Position numbers and translations under genes: made by a program
Origin: a virus
Taxonomy: Duplodnaviria > Heunggongvirae > Uroviricota > Caudoviricetes
Length of the DNA stretch: 38,661 nt
IMG/VR virus record: IMGVR_UViG_2684623189_000006
Direction: 5' to 3' (one strand)
Notes under the pieces: generated by a model
Told to the model about the DNA's origin: nothing
Seen by the model: only the letters and a program-made list of their open reading frames with translations
The model's database searches: none
In this document: positions 20,117 through 29,175 of the stretch, one piece after another
Numbering within the stretch: the first letter of the stretch is position 1
Layout of the letters: each line of letters starts with the position of its first letter

Positions 20117-21172
20117 TTATGCTCCGGCTTCTACGGCGACGCTGAAGTCGCCAATCTGGATGTTTTCCACCAGTGCTGCGCAGCGGTAGTCCTCAACCAC
20201 ATAGGCTTCGTTAACGGATTCAAAGTTTTCAATCCGGTCACGTTTCGGGTTGTCGATAACTGAACGGCGGCGGGTGTCTTCCTGCCAGTAGATGGACAGG
20301 TTATCCAGACGGGTGATCAGCAGCGCATTCGGCGGGAAGAACGGCGCACGCACGGCCTGCAGGCCACCCATGCGTTTCTGGCTGATGATCATATCGGCAG
20401 CCAGTTTTTCACTGTTTTCCTGCTCTTTGTTGACCAGCGGGAAATACTTATCAGACAACAGTTCACGACCGCAAATCACCACCAGATCGTCATCGTCCTG
20501 GTAGACCACGTCGATAAGCTCATTGACCGCATCCATCACCACGGCGTCCAGGTTGGCATATTCGCCACCTTTACCGACTTTCACCGCGCCCGGTGTGGTT
20601 TCACCGCCCGTGGTGGTGCTGCCCATGACGTGATCCGGTGCATCCTCACGGATTTTCTGTAGCCAGCCTTTATTCACATCCTGCAGCAGCGGGTTTTCGC
20701 TGCGGTTGGAGGTTTTCGCACGCTTCACGCCGTTAAAGCCGATCATGATGCGGTCCAGTGCCTGACGTTTCACGATGGCGTCACGGATACGCACCTGGAA
20801 ATCCTGAAACTTCGCCCACAGGTCCAGCTTCGCGTAGGTCAGCACCGTGTCAAAGTTGGTCTGCTCGCATTTATATTCCACATCGACCATCAGCGTCGGA
20901 TCGACAGGCTCACGCTCTTTTGCGGTGGTATCAGTGGTTCCGGCAATGGTGCTGCCAACACCCAGCCCCAGCAACTGACCAGACTGCTCAGTCACTGGCG
21001 TGACGTTAATCAGCGTCAGGAATGCGGCGGACTGCTGGATCTGGTCTTCCAGCGTCTGCTGCACAGACGGCTCTACAGTAAACTTGCTGGACAGTTCTTC
21101 AACTGCCACACCGTTCAGACGCGCCAGCTGCTGCAGGTAAGCGTTAAAAGCAAAGCGGGTATTCTTCTTCAT
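20117..21172 (-). CDS. N: Major capsid protein N
   Basis: A 351-aa ORF; P2 gpN-like sequence and synteny. Confidence 0.9.
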   Translation of the reverse strand: MKKNTRFAFNAYLQQLARLNGVAVEELSSKFTVEPSVQQTLEDQIQQSAAFLTLINVTPVTEQSGQLLGLGVGSTIAGTTDTTAKEREPVDPTLMVDVEYKCEQTNFDTVLTYAKLDLWAKFQDFQVRIRDAIVKRQALDRIMIGFNGVKRAKTSNRSENPLLQDVNKGWLQKIREDAPDHVMGSTTTGGETTPGAVKVGKGGEYANLDAVVMDAVNELIDVVYQDDDDLVVICGRELLSDKYFPLVNKEQENSEKLAADMIISQKRMGGLQAVRAPFFPPNALLITRLDNLSIYWQEDTRRRSVIDNPKRDRIENFESVNEAYVVEDYRCAALVENIQIGDFSVAVEAGA

Positions 21173-21188
21173 CAGGTTTTGTGCTCCA

Positions 21189-22022
21189 TCAGCAATTGGT
21201 CAGAGTGTCAGCGGGGGCGTTACCGCCTGTTGCACGCTGGCGGTAGTCCTGGCGGCTGTCTTCATGGCTCAGCTTGTCCACCAGTTCGTTAAAGGCGGTC
21301 TGCTGTGCCTGCAGAGCAATCTCCAGCTCAGACAGGCGTTCTTCCTGCTCAGACAGGGATTTTTCGGTGCGTGCGCTCAGGTTCTGCTGCTCAGTGGCGA
21401 CCAGCTCCACGGCCTTATGCACATCAGAGAATCGGGCGTCATCGGACTGCTCTTTTTTGGTGAACAGCGCCGTGACACGGGCAAACAGGGACGGTTTGTC
21501 ATCCTGGATTTCTTCCAGTTCGATCACCGTTTCCTCTGCAGCGGTAAAGAGATTGGCAGGATTCTGCTTGCGGTTTGCCAGCGGGTTATGGGCCGCACTG
21601 GCGCTGAATGTCAGCATTTCAGTGCCCAGACTGGCAGGGTCATCAGTGGCAGCCAGGCCGACCAGGTAGGCTTTGCCCGTATCAGCAAACTTCGGGCTGA
21701 CTTCCATAGAGGTGAATAATTTCTGGCCTTTTTTCACCAGCTCCACCAGGGATTCCGTTGGCTCAACGTCGGCATACAGCGCCATCTTGCCCGCCAGCGG
21801 ACCTTCCGTGATTTCTTCAGCAAACAGCGCCGTCACCTTGCCGTAGCGGTTAAAGGTGCTGTCCGGCAGATAAGACTTGATGTGCTCAAGGTTAATCAGA
21901 GCGGTATACACCGCCGGGTTGTAGCTGGCTGCCATCTGTTCCAGCCATTCACGCTGGATTTCGCGTCCGTCGGTGGTGGCACCTTCCACCCCGATGCGAA
22001 AACGCTTTGCTTTCACTGTCAT
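21189..22022 (-). CDS. O: Capsid scaffolding protein O
   Basis: A 277-aa ORF with a C-terminal coiled-coil, upstream of N. Confidence 0.85.
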   Translation of the reverse strand: MTVKAKRFRIGVEGATTDGREIQREWLEQMAASYNPAVYTALINLEHIKSYLPDSTFNRYGKVTALFAEEITEGPLAGKMALYADVEPTESLVELVKKGQKLFTSMEVSPKFADTGKAYLVGLAATDDPASLGTEMLTFSASAAHNPLANRKQNPANLFTAAEETVIELEEIQDDKPSLFARVTALFTKKEQSDDARFSDVHKAVELVATEQQNLSARTEKSLSEQEERLSELEIALQAQQTAFNELVDKLSHEDSRQDYRQRATGGNAPADTLTNC

Positions 22023-22100
22023 GAGCCGTGCTCCGTTAGAAAAAACTTACTGGAGCCTTATGGTTGCGGTGATGGGGGCAGTGAAACAATGCGCGGTATT

Positions 22101-22118
22101 TGTACCGACAACCACACA
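22101..22118. promoter_or_regulatory. Ogr-type late promoter element TGT-N12-ACA in the divergent O/P control region
   Basis: TGTaccgacaaccacACA lies between the divergent O and P genes. Confidence 0.55.
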
Positions 22119-22164
22119 AACCGCAGGCGGGGAAAGCCTTCATTCAAGGCTGTAGGTTTGTGCC

Positions 22165-23931
22165 ATGAACACCACACTGACACCCGCAGATCTCGATCCC
22201 CGTCGGCAGGCCATGCTGCTGTACTTTCAGGGATACCGTGTAGCCCGCATTGCTGAAATGCTGGGCGAGAAAGTTGCAACCGTTCACAGCTGGAAAAAAC
22301 GCGACAAGTGGGGTGACTATGGGCCGCTGGATCAGATGCAGCTCACCACCGCCGCACGCTACTGCCAGCTCATTATGAAGGAGCACAAAGAAGGGAAAGA
22401 TTTCAAAGAGATTGACCTGCTGGCGCGCCAGTCGGAGCGCCATGCGCGGATCGGCAAGTTTAACAATGGCGGCAACGAAGCCGACTTAAACCCTAACGTC
22501 GCCAACCGCAACAAAGGCCCGCGCCGTCAGCCGGAAAAGAACGTTTTCACCGATGAACAGATTGAGAAGCTGGAAGAAATCTTCCATTCCTCCATGTTCA
22601 ACTACCAGCGCCACTGGTGGGAAGCCGGAAAAACCAACCGCATCCGCAACCTGCTGAAGTCACGCCAGATCGGCGCGACCTTCTATTTTGCCCGTGAAGC
22701 CCTGATTGACGCCCTGCTAACCGGGCGTAACCAGATTTTCCTTTCCGCCAGCAAGGCTCAGGCCCACGTCTTCAAGCAGTACATCATCGACTTCGCCAAA
22801 GAAGTGGAGGTGGAGCTGAAAGGCGATCCGATGGTGCTTCCTAACGGGGCCACGCTGTACTTCCTCGGCACCAATGCCCGCACGGCCCAGAGTTACCACG
22901 GCAACCTGTATCTGGATGAATATTTCTGGATACCGAAATTCCAGGAGCTGCGCAAAGTGGCTTCCGGTATGGCTATTCACAAAAAATGGCGACAAACCTA
23001 TTTTTCCACGCCATCCAGCCTGACACACAGTGCTTATCCGTTCTGGTCCGGTGCGCTGTTCAACCGAGGGCGCAACAAAGCCGATAAGGTGGACATCGAC
23101 CTGTCCCACAGCAATCTGGCCCCCGGCCTGCTGTGCGCAGACGGGCAGTACCGCCAGATAGTCACTGTGGAAGATGCGGTGCGCGGCGGCTGTAACCTGT
23201 TCGACCTCGACCAGTTGCGCATGGAGTACAGCCCGGACGAATACCAGAACCTGCTGATGTGTGAGTTCGTGGACGATCTCGCGTCCGTGTTCCCGCTCAG
23301 CGAGCTGCAGGCGTGCATGGTGGACAGCTGGGAAGTCTGGACCGACTTTCATGCACTGGCGCTGCGCCCGTTTGGCTGGCGCGAAGTGTGGATCGGTTAT
23401 GACCCGGCAAAAGGTACGCAAAACGGCGACAGCGCCGGATGCGTGGTGGTGGCTCCGCCAGCCGTGCCGGGCGGCAAGTTCCGCATTCTTGAGCGTCACC
23501 AGTGGCGCGGAATGGACTTTCGCGCCCAGGCTGACGCCATCAAAAAACTGACCGAACAGTATAACGTGACCTATATCGGCATCGACTCGACCGGCGTCGG
23601 TCACGGGGTTTACGAGAACGTGAAAGCGTTTTTTCCTGCCGTCCGGGAGTTTGTCTACAACCCCAACGTTAAAAACGCCCTGGTACTCAAGGCCTACGAC
23701 ATTATCAGCCACCGCCGCCTGGAGTTTGACGCCGGGCACACCGACATTGCGCAGTCATTTATGGCAATCCGTCGCGCTACCACTGCCAGTGGCAACCGCC
23801 CGACCTATGAAGCCAGCCGCAGCGAAGAAGCCAGCCATGCCGATCTGGCCTGGGCAACAATGCACGCACTGTTTAACGAACCGCTGCAGGGCGAGTCCGC
23901 CAATACCAGCAATATTGTGGAGATTTTTTGA
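22165..23931 (+). CDS. P: Terminase ATPase (large) subunit P
   Basis: A 588-aa ORF; P2 gpP-like sequence, divergent from O. Confidence 0.9.
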   Translation: MNTTLTPADLDPRRQAMLLYFQGYRVARIAEMLGEKVATVHSWKKRDKWGDYGPLDQMQLTTAARYCQLIMKEHKEGKDFKEIDLLARQSERHARIGKFNNGGNEADLNPNVANRNKGPRRQPEKNVFTDEQIEKLEEIFHSSMFNYQRHWWEAGKTNRIRNLLKSRQIGATFYFAREALIDALLTGRNQIFLSASKAQAHVFKQYIIDFAKEVEVELKGDPMVLPNGATLYFLGTNARTAQSYHGNLYLDEYFWIPKFQELRKVASGMAIHKKWRQTYFSTPSSLTHSAYPFWSGALFNRGRNKADKVDIDLSHSNLAPGLLCADGQYRQIVTVEDAVRGGCNLFDLDQLRMEYSPDEYQNLLMCEFVDDLASVFPLSELQACMVDSWEVWTDFHALALRPFGWREVWIGYDPAKGTQNGDSAGCVVVAPPAVPGGKFRILERHQWRGMDFRAQADAIKKLTEQYNVTYIGIDSTGVGHGVYENVKAFFPAVREFVYNPNVKNALVLKAYDIISHRRLEFDAGHTDIAQSFMAIRRATTASGNRPTYEASRSEEASHADLAWATMHALFNEPLQGESANTSNIVEIF

Positions 23932-24965
23932 TGGGAAAGAGTAAGAAGAACCGCGCTGCGTCGACGAAACAGATCCAGCATAAAAGCCAGACTTCAGCCG
24001 AAGCATTCAGCTTCGGTGATCCCGTTCCTGTTCTGGACCGCCGCGAACTGCTGGACTATGTGGAATGCGTACAGATGGATCGCTGGTATGAGCCACCAGT
24101 GAGTTTCGACGGACTGGCGCGAACCTTCCGCGCCGCCATACATCATAGCTCACCGATTGCAGTGAAGTGCAACATTCTGACCAGCACCTACATCCCTCAC
24201 CCGCTGCTCAGCCAGCAGGCTTTTTCGCGTTTTGTACAGGACTTTCTGGTTTTTGGTAACGCCTACCTGGAGAAACGCACGAACCGCTTCGGTGAAGTTA
24301 TAGCCCTTGAGCCTGCTCTGGCAAAATACACCCGACGCGGGTTAGACCTGGATACCTACTGGTTTGTGCAATACGGTATGACAACCCAGCCGTATCAGTT
24401 CACGAAAGGCAGCATTTTTCATCTGATGGAGCCGGACATCAACCAGGAGATCTACGGCCTGCCCGGTTATCTTTCTGCCATTCCGTCAGCCCTGCTCAAC
24501 GAGTCCGCCACGCTGTTCCGCCGGAAGTATTACATTAACGGCAGCCATGCGGGCTTCATCATGTACATGACCGACGCCGCGCAGAACCAGGAGGATGTGA
24601 ACAACCTCCGCAACGCAATGAAAAGTGCCAAAGGTCCTGGTAACTTCCGTAACCTGTTTATGTACTCGCCTAACGGCAAAAAGGATGGGCTTCAGATTAT
24701 CCCGTTGTCAGAAGTGGCGGCGAAGGATGAGTTCCTGAATATCAAGAACGTGAGCCGGGACGACATGATGGCGGCGCATCGTGTGCCGCCGCAAATGATG
24801 GGTATCATTCCCAACAATACCGGCGGTTTTGGGGATGTGGAAAAGGCCAGTCGCGTCTTCACAAGAAACGAAATAGTACCGTTACAAAAGCGATTGCTGG
24901 AGCTAAATGAATGGCTTGGTGAAGAGGTAGTCCGATTCAATCCATATGAGCTTAATACTGACTAG
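23928..24965 (+). CDS. Q: Portal protein Q
   Basis: A 345-aa ORF overlapping the P stop; P2 gpQ-like. Confidence 0.9.
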   Translation: MMGKSKKNRAASTKQIQHKSQTSAEAFSFGDPVPVLDRRELLDYVECVQMDRWYEPPVSFDGLARTFRAAIHHSSPIAVKCNILTSTYIPHPLLSQQAFSRFVQDFLVFGNAYLEKRTNRFGEVIALEPALAKYTRRGLDLDTYWFVQYGMTTQPYQFTKGSIFHLMEPDINQEIYGLPGYLSAIPSALLNESATLFRRKYYINGSHAGFIMYMTDAAQNQEDVNNLRNAMKSAKGPGNFRNLFMYSPNGKKDGLQIIPLSEVAAKDEFLNIKNVSRDDMMAAHRVPPQMMGIIPNNTGGFGDVEKASRVFTRNEIVPLQKRLLELNEWLGEEVVRFNPYELNTD

Positions 24966-24971
24966 CAAGCA

Positions 24972-24998
24972 TAAAAAAGCCCGGTATTACCGGGCTTC
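24972..24998. terminator. Bidirectional rho-independent terminator
   Basis: Stem gcccggta/taccgggc with an A-run on the plus strand, giving a T-run after the hairpin on the minus strand. Confidence 0.65.
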
Positions 24999-25020
24999 AT
25001 GCAAAACGCATTTCATGGAA

Positions 25021-25200
25021 TTAAGCAGCTTTCTGCTTTTCTTTGAGCTTACCATGCAGCTCATTTCCTTCAAATTTGCAGTCCTGCATCATATGTGGGG
25101 CCGCTTGAAGTAGTTCTTCCATCGCGACGCCCATACGGCTGAAAACATCAGATACTGAGTAATGCTTCTGAGCTTTCTTGTCACTATGCGTCATAGTCAT
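25021..25200 (-). CDS. Small hypothetical protein (59 aa; not in the supplied ORF track)
   Basis: ATG at 25200 preceded by an AAGAGGAAAT Shine-Dalgarno. It translates to MTMTHSDKKAQKHYSVSDVFSRMGVAMEELLQAAPHMMQDCKFEGNELHGKLKEKQKAA and is followed by the terminator. Confidence 0.5.
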   Translation of the reverse strand: MTMTHSDKKAQKHYSVSDVFSRMGVAMEELLQAAPHMMQDCKFEGNELHGKLKEKQKAA

Positions 25201-25279
25201 GATTTCCTCTTAGAGGTCAAGCCTCATCATCCGGTAGTGGATGTTTGGCGCAGCATTGTAGCACTGCGCAAAAATTTAT

Positions 25280-25879
25280 CTACTGTTTCTTAGAAGTAAT
25301 GTAGCGTCTTACTACATCAGTTATTGTAGCAAAAGGTGCCGAAAGCAAGCTTATATCACCTTTAAAACCAAATTTTTTATAGTGGTCAGCAACTTTTTGA
25401 TTCAGGGCTTCAGGGATCCGAATCTCTTGACACCCAACCGCGCTACCAAAAAGATATACCGCCCACAATGTAACCATGAACATGTTGCCGTAAAGAGGGT
25501 GCTCTACGTCATCATCTTTCACAAAAGATTCCACAAAATGGATCTCTATGACTCCAGCGTCCTCGTCAAAGGTGCACATAGCTGCGCCAGAAGGGATATG
25601 CCTAAGTGGCCCCGCAAGGAGCTTCAAACAAAATTCAAACTTATCACTTCGATTGCCAAACCGAGAAAAACCATAATCCCATTCTAGCTGAGCGTATCCT
25701 GTGGTCAGGATCACATAGTCTTCATCACTGATTGGACCAACAGCCAACGGCATCTTCAAAGTATCGAGGAGAAACTGAAGGTTACTTATACTTTGACTGG
25801 CAATCTGCTCTAAGTTCAATTCTCTGTCCTTCATGCTTACGACATTAAAGGCGACTACTTTAATGTCATTTTCGGACAA
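25280..25879 (-). CDS. Hypothetical protein (199 aa), cargo between Q and cos
   Basis: Long ORF with no recognisable family. The start is uncertain: TTG at 25879 or an internal ATG. Confidence 0.5.
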   Translation of the reverse strand: MSENDIKVVAFNVVSMKDRELNLEQIASQSISNLQFLLDTLKMPLAVGPISDEDYVILTTGYAQLEWDYGFSRFGNRSDKFEFCLKLLAGPLRHIPSGAAMCTFDEDAGVIEIHFVESFVKDDDVEHPLYGNMFMVTLWAVYLFGSAVGCQEIRIPEALNQKVADHYKKFGFKGDISLLSAPFATITDVVRRYITSKKQ

Positions 25880-26104
25880 AGACTATAAATCTTTAATGAA
25901 ACAATAGCAGAACCTTTTAAAGGTTTGCTACCTATCACTGCAACTTGTGACAGAACACTAAATCTACAGCCAACTCCGGAACACATTCAACATTTATTTA
26001 AATCCCTTCAAACAAGATTGCACAAAAACGCGCCCTCCCTTTCAGAAGAAAACCATCAGCGGGCCTGAGGCTAAGTGAATTTTACTATTTCAACCCGCGG
26101 CGTG

Positions 26105-26130
26105 CGCTCGTATCCCCGCCACGCCTGCCC
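26105..26130. other. Probable cos site (cohesive-end region)
   Basis: The minus strand reads GGCGTGGCGGGGA..., which matches the first 13 nt of the P2/186 cohesive end as I recall it. Confidence 0.5.
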
Positions 26131-26505
26131 GCTTTATGTAGTGGTTTTCATGCACCTGCATGACATGAGCAAAAGCCCGCCAGTTCTGGCGGGCCTTAAC
26201 AAAAACGAGCCTCAAACGTTCATGCAAACTCATGCAGCATATACATACACTACATCAACAGCATCCATTGCTATCATTTCCAGTTCGCTTCCTACAACAT
26301 CATTGCGAATAGTTATGTTACCAAGCGGCTTTTTCATACCTTTTCGGCATGACACTTCAGACGCACCAATACTGACGTGTAATGCTTCCCCCGCAACGTC
26401 AACCCACTTAATGGTAATTTAATGTAGTTGCATGAGACGAAAAAATCTCCATAGTTGACAGACTCTATGAATGCAGCATCACTAGCAAGCATGAATAAAC
26501 ATGCA

Positions 26506-27210
26506 TCATCTAACAGATACTTTTGCATAAATCAAAGGCCTATCCGAAGAGCCATTTTTACGTACGACCACTCCACTGATATCATGGTTTTTACTAAGAT
26601 CTCGTAATGCGGCGCACAATGCCTTGTTGACATACCCTAGATGATTGTCGTTTTTCGTTACTAATATGGCCAGCGGATCAACAGTATTGGTATCTTCATT
26701 GCGCAATATGACTTCATCACCAATTGATATCTCGTCAAGAGCTAGACGCCCTTCCTTAATCATGTGTCTCGTTCCGGCGACCTCCATGACATAATCAAAA
26801 GGTGGCCGAATAGAAGACAAGTCTGGGACAAAATAAAAACCATCACTAGCCACTTTTCCGCCAGTACAAGCGAGCAAAACGAAGTCATTCTCTCTAAAAT
26901 CAGCAGGAAGACGAAACGTCAGCAAGTAATCGGCAAAATCTTCTCTTTTCCTGGAGGGTAACCTTCTTGAAAAGGTTTGCATAACGTCTTTGCGATGAGT
27001 CGTAACTTTTATGTCAAAAGCAGGAAAACCGTGAAAGCCTTTATCCCCAGCTTTAGCAAAATCTTTGCTATCCGTAAGATAATTAAACTCGTAGCCTTCA
27101 GACTCATCTTGAAGAAGTTCACCAACGACATAGCGAGAGCCGCCGTCGGTCGGTTGCCATGTCAGTAAGAGCCTACTTGGCATGGGAATTTTTTCTATTA
27201 AGATAGTCAT
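26506..27210 (-). CDS. HIRAN-like domain protein (234 aa), third gene of cargo operon
   Basis: The C-terminal region (DPLAILV...LGYVNKALCAALRDL...GVVVRKNG) resembles the HIRAN fold motif. Its ATG overlaps the upstream stop (ATGA) and has an AAGGTG Shine-Dalgarno. Confidence 0.5.
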   Translation of the reverse strand: MTILIEKIPMPSRLLLTWQPTDGGSRYVVGELLQDESEGYEFNYLTDSKDFAKAGDKGFHGFPAFDIKVTTHRKDVMQTFSRRLPSRKREDFADYLLTFRLPADFRENDFVLLACTGGKVASDGFYFVPDLSSIRPPFDYVMEVAGTRHMIKEGRLALDEISIGDEVILRNEDTNTVDPLAILVTKNDNHLGYVNKALCAALRDLSKNHDISGVVVRKNGSSDRPLIYAKVSVR

Positions 27211-28118
27211 GAAGTAACACCTTTAATCAGTTCAATACGCATGTTTGTTACACGAACAATCCATGCAGCACGTTCTCTAGTCAGCGGAACAGGGCAGTTT
27301 ATTTCCGTCAACTCCGCAAAAGTTGAGTCCCAAAAGTCATGGTTCAAACGAGCCAGTCTTTCAGCTACCCGCTGTTTTAATTCTTCTTTTTTATCACAAA
27401 GTTCTTTGATTAACTCTAAATGACCTAATCTCTGATACTCATCTTTGCCCAGAGTTTTACGCAAATGATGCTTTCCCCGGCTAACATGCTCCCTGAGTCT
27501 ATGATCGGTCCAATCAGCAACATGTTCCGGAAAGCGTTCGTAGCATAAGCTCGTACCATTATCGAAAAATGGTGCAAGCTGACACTCGCTGGTTAAAGGG
27601 GAGAAGATAAACCCCCAGTTTTCTTGATGTCTATCTGTATTACCTATTACTGCGTCAAAGAGAGCCATATTCTCCAACCACTCAACATAGTCAACTTTAA
27701 GAGCTTTCGCGATAATCCTCAGCCCTTCAATGGAATGCTTAGCTCCTTTCTCACGATCAAAATTTGGATCTCTTCGAACAAAGTAATCACCAGCGGGAGC
27801 AAATTTCTCATAATCTTTATGATGAAACCACTCAATGAGGGCCCCGCAAAACGTATGCCCCAAATCATTAGTCTTTAACGAAGGAACTGCTTTGGGGACA
27901 TTAAAACCAAGCTGCAATCCAATCCTGTAGGCAACGATCTCACACCAAAATTGATCTGGGTATTTTTTAATACTTCTCTTAAAAAGATACGGCCACGATG
28001 CTTTGATACCATGGGGGGCAACATCAGGGGAAATAACCAATGCCTTAGAGCGAGCACCAACAGGATACTGTGCGAAAACATCTAGCTCAGTCCAATAGGT
28101 TACATCTAAGCAATCCAT
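27207..28118 (-). CDS. HipA-like / PI3K-PI4K-like protein kinase-fold protein (303 aa)
   Basis: Carries the catalytic-loop-like motif DAVIGNTDRHQENWGFIF (D-x-H-x-x-N) typical of HipA-like Ser/Thr kinases. Confidence 0.55.
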   Translation of the reverse strand: MDCLDVTYWTELDVFAQYPVGARSKALVISPDVAPHGIKASWPYLFKRSIKKYPDQFWCEIVAYRIGLQLGFNVPKAVPSLKTNDLGHTFCGALIEWFHHKDYEKFAPAGDYFVRRDPNFDREKGAKHSIEGLRIIAKALKVDYVEWLENMALFDAVIGNTDRHQENWGFIFSPLTSECQLAPFFDNGTSLCYERFPEHVADWTDHRLREHVSRGKHHLRKTLGKDEYQRLGHLELIKELCDKKEELKQRVAERLARLNHDFWDSTFAELTEINCPVPLTRERAAWIVRVTNMRIELIKGVTS

Positions 28119-28133
28119 AGCTAAGTCCTATAT

Positions 28134-28688
28134 TTATTTTTTATTTAAATTCATATAGATGTGAGAAACCTGTGCGATCTGAAATAAAACATCATCGAAT
28201 GCTGTGTGCCTAATGCCAGTGAAATTTTTATCAGCATGAGAAAAAATTCCTTTGCTTTCACCAAGTGCTAAGATGGTTCTAACGTCAAGAGTATCTCTGA
28301 ATGACCATGGGCAATCCAGACCCGCCTGTAACAGGGCATGATGCATGATCGTGCAGTCAAACTCTTTCCCGTTTCCCCACACTTTTACTCGGCCAGTACG
28401 ATTATGAAGAATAAATGCCACAAATTCATTCAGAACCTCTAAAAGGTCCTTAGTGCCATCAAAATTTTCGTTTTTAGCTTCAGTACTTTGATTCATCCAC
28501 CACTTTACAGTAGAGGGGGCAATGGTTCTGCCTGCTTGTTCATGATCAAGCGAAATAACTTGATAGAAACCCGGACCAATCTCGCCAGTCTCCGGCACGA
28601 AAAAAGCCGCACCAACTGAAAGGATATAAGCTGTTTTTTCAACATCCAATGTTTCTATATCTAACATTACATGATTCATAAGAAGCAA
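28134..28688 (-). CDS. DEDDh-type 3'-5' exonuclease (DnaQ-like fold), first gene of cargo operon
   Basis: N-terminal MLDIETLD (Exo I motif) and C-terminal HTAFDDV (H-x4-D, Exo III motif). The start is uncertain: TTG at 28688 or ATG at 28679. Confidence 0.6.
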   Translation of the reverse strand: MLLMNHVMLDIETLDVEKTAYILSVGAAFFVPETGEIGPGFYQVISLDHEQAGRTIAPSTVKWWMNQSTEAKNENFDGTKDLLEVLNEFVAFILHNRTGRVKVWGNGKEFDCTIMHHALLQAGLDCPWSFRDTLDVRTILALGESKGIFSHADKNFTGIRHTAFDDVLFQIAQVSHIYMNLNKK

Positions 28689-28852
28689 TTGAAACCATTT
28701 AGTAAAAATTGAAAGCTATCACCACATTAATGCATGGCATGTACATTTGTGGACGAAAACAAGTATTCTGATTATAACCCAAGTGAAAAGCTCAAGTGTC
28801 GTAACTTTCACTCGGTTGTTTTCAGTTTCGAAAAACTACTGGGAAGATCCAT

Positions 28853-29023
28853 CTAGTGGTTGTATTCATGAGCGCGAATTCTCGCCATCAGCTCATCAGT
28901 CAACTCAGAAACCCACTGCAGAGCCAGCCCCTTCTCTTCATCACTACACTCACTAGCCGCTACAAGCTTAAGAAAAAAATCAATGCGCTGGAGCTTCAAA
29001 GACTCCAAAAAATAGTCCTGCAT
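28853..29023 (-). CDS. Small SOS-regulated protein (56 aa; not in the supplied ORF track), possible Tum-like antirepressor
   Basis: ATG at 29023 preceded by an AGGAGGAAAG Shine-Dalgarno. It translates to MQDYFLESLKLQRIDFFLKLVAASECSDEEKGLALQWVSELTDELMARIRAHEYNH. A perfect LexA box lies about 45 bp upstream. Confidence 0.45.
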   Translation of the reverse strand: MQDYFLESLKLQRIDFFLKLVAASECSDEEKGLALQWVSELTDELMARIRAHEYNH

Positions 29024-29065
29024 CTTTCCTCCTATGACACCACAAGCAATACTGTATGCACAACC

Positions 29066-29085
29066 ACTGTTTATATTTACAGTAT
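29066..29085. promoter_or_regulatory. LexA (SOS) box
   Basis: aCTGTttatatttACAGta matches CTGT-N8-ACAG exactly and is AT-rich inside. It sits in the A-distal intergenic region upstream of the small minus-strand ORF. Confidence 0.6.
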
Positions 29086-29175
29086 ATAATAATCTTACTG
29101 ATGTAAAACGTTTTTTACGTTCATCAGCCTGATATGCCTGGTATTATTAAGAGCACGAATTGTTAACCCACGTGA

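Noticed and set aside
22717-23739. A 340-aa minus-strand ORF within the terminase P gene.
   Set aside because: It is antisense to a well-supported conserved gene and has no start context or protein-like features.
26075-26422. A 115-aa plus-strand ORF across the cos-like region.
   Set aside because: It spans the packaging site and a hairpin, has no ribosome-binding site, and lies in a region expected to be non-coding.
26334-26528. A 64-aa minus-strand ORF overlapping the 3' end of the HIRAN-like gene.
   Set aside because: It overlaps the upstream gene out of frame and has no Shine-Dalgarno. The 300-bp AT-rich interval might instead hold a small RNA or regulatory element, but I cannot support one from sequence alone.
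29051-29070. A possible second LexA box (ACTGTatgcacaaccACTGT) next to the one at 29066-29085.
   Set aside because: It lacks the 3' ACAG half-site. Only the downstream CTGT-N8-ACAG copy is complete.
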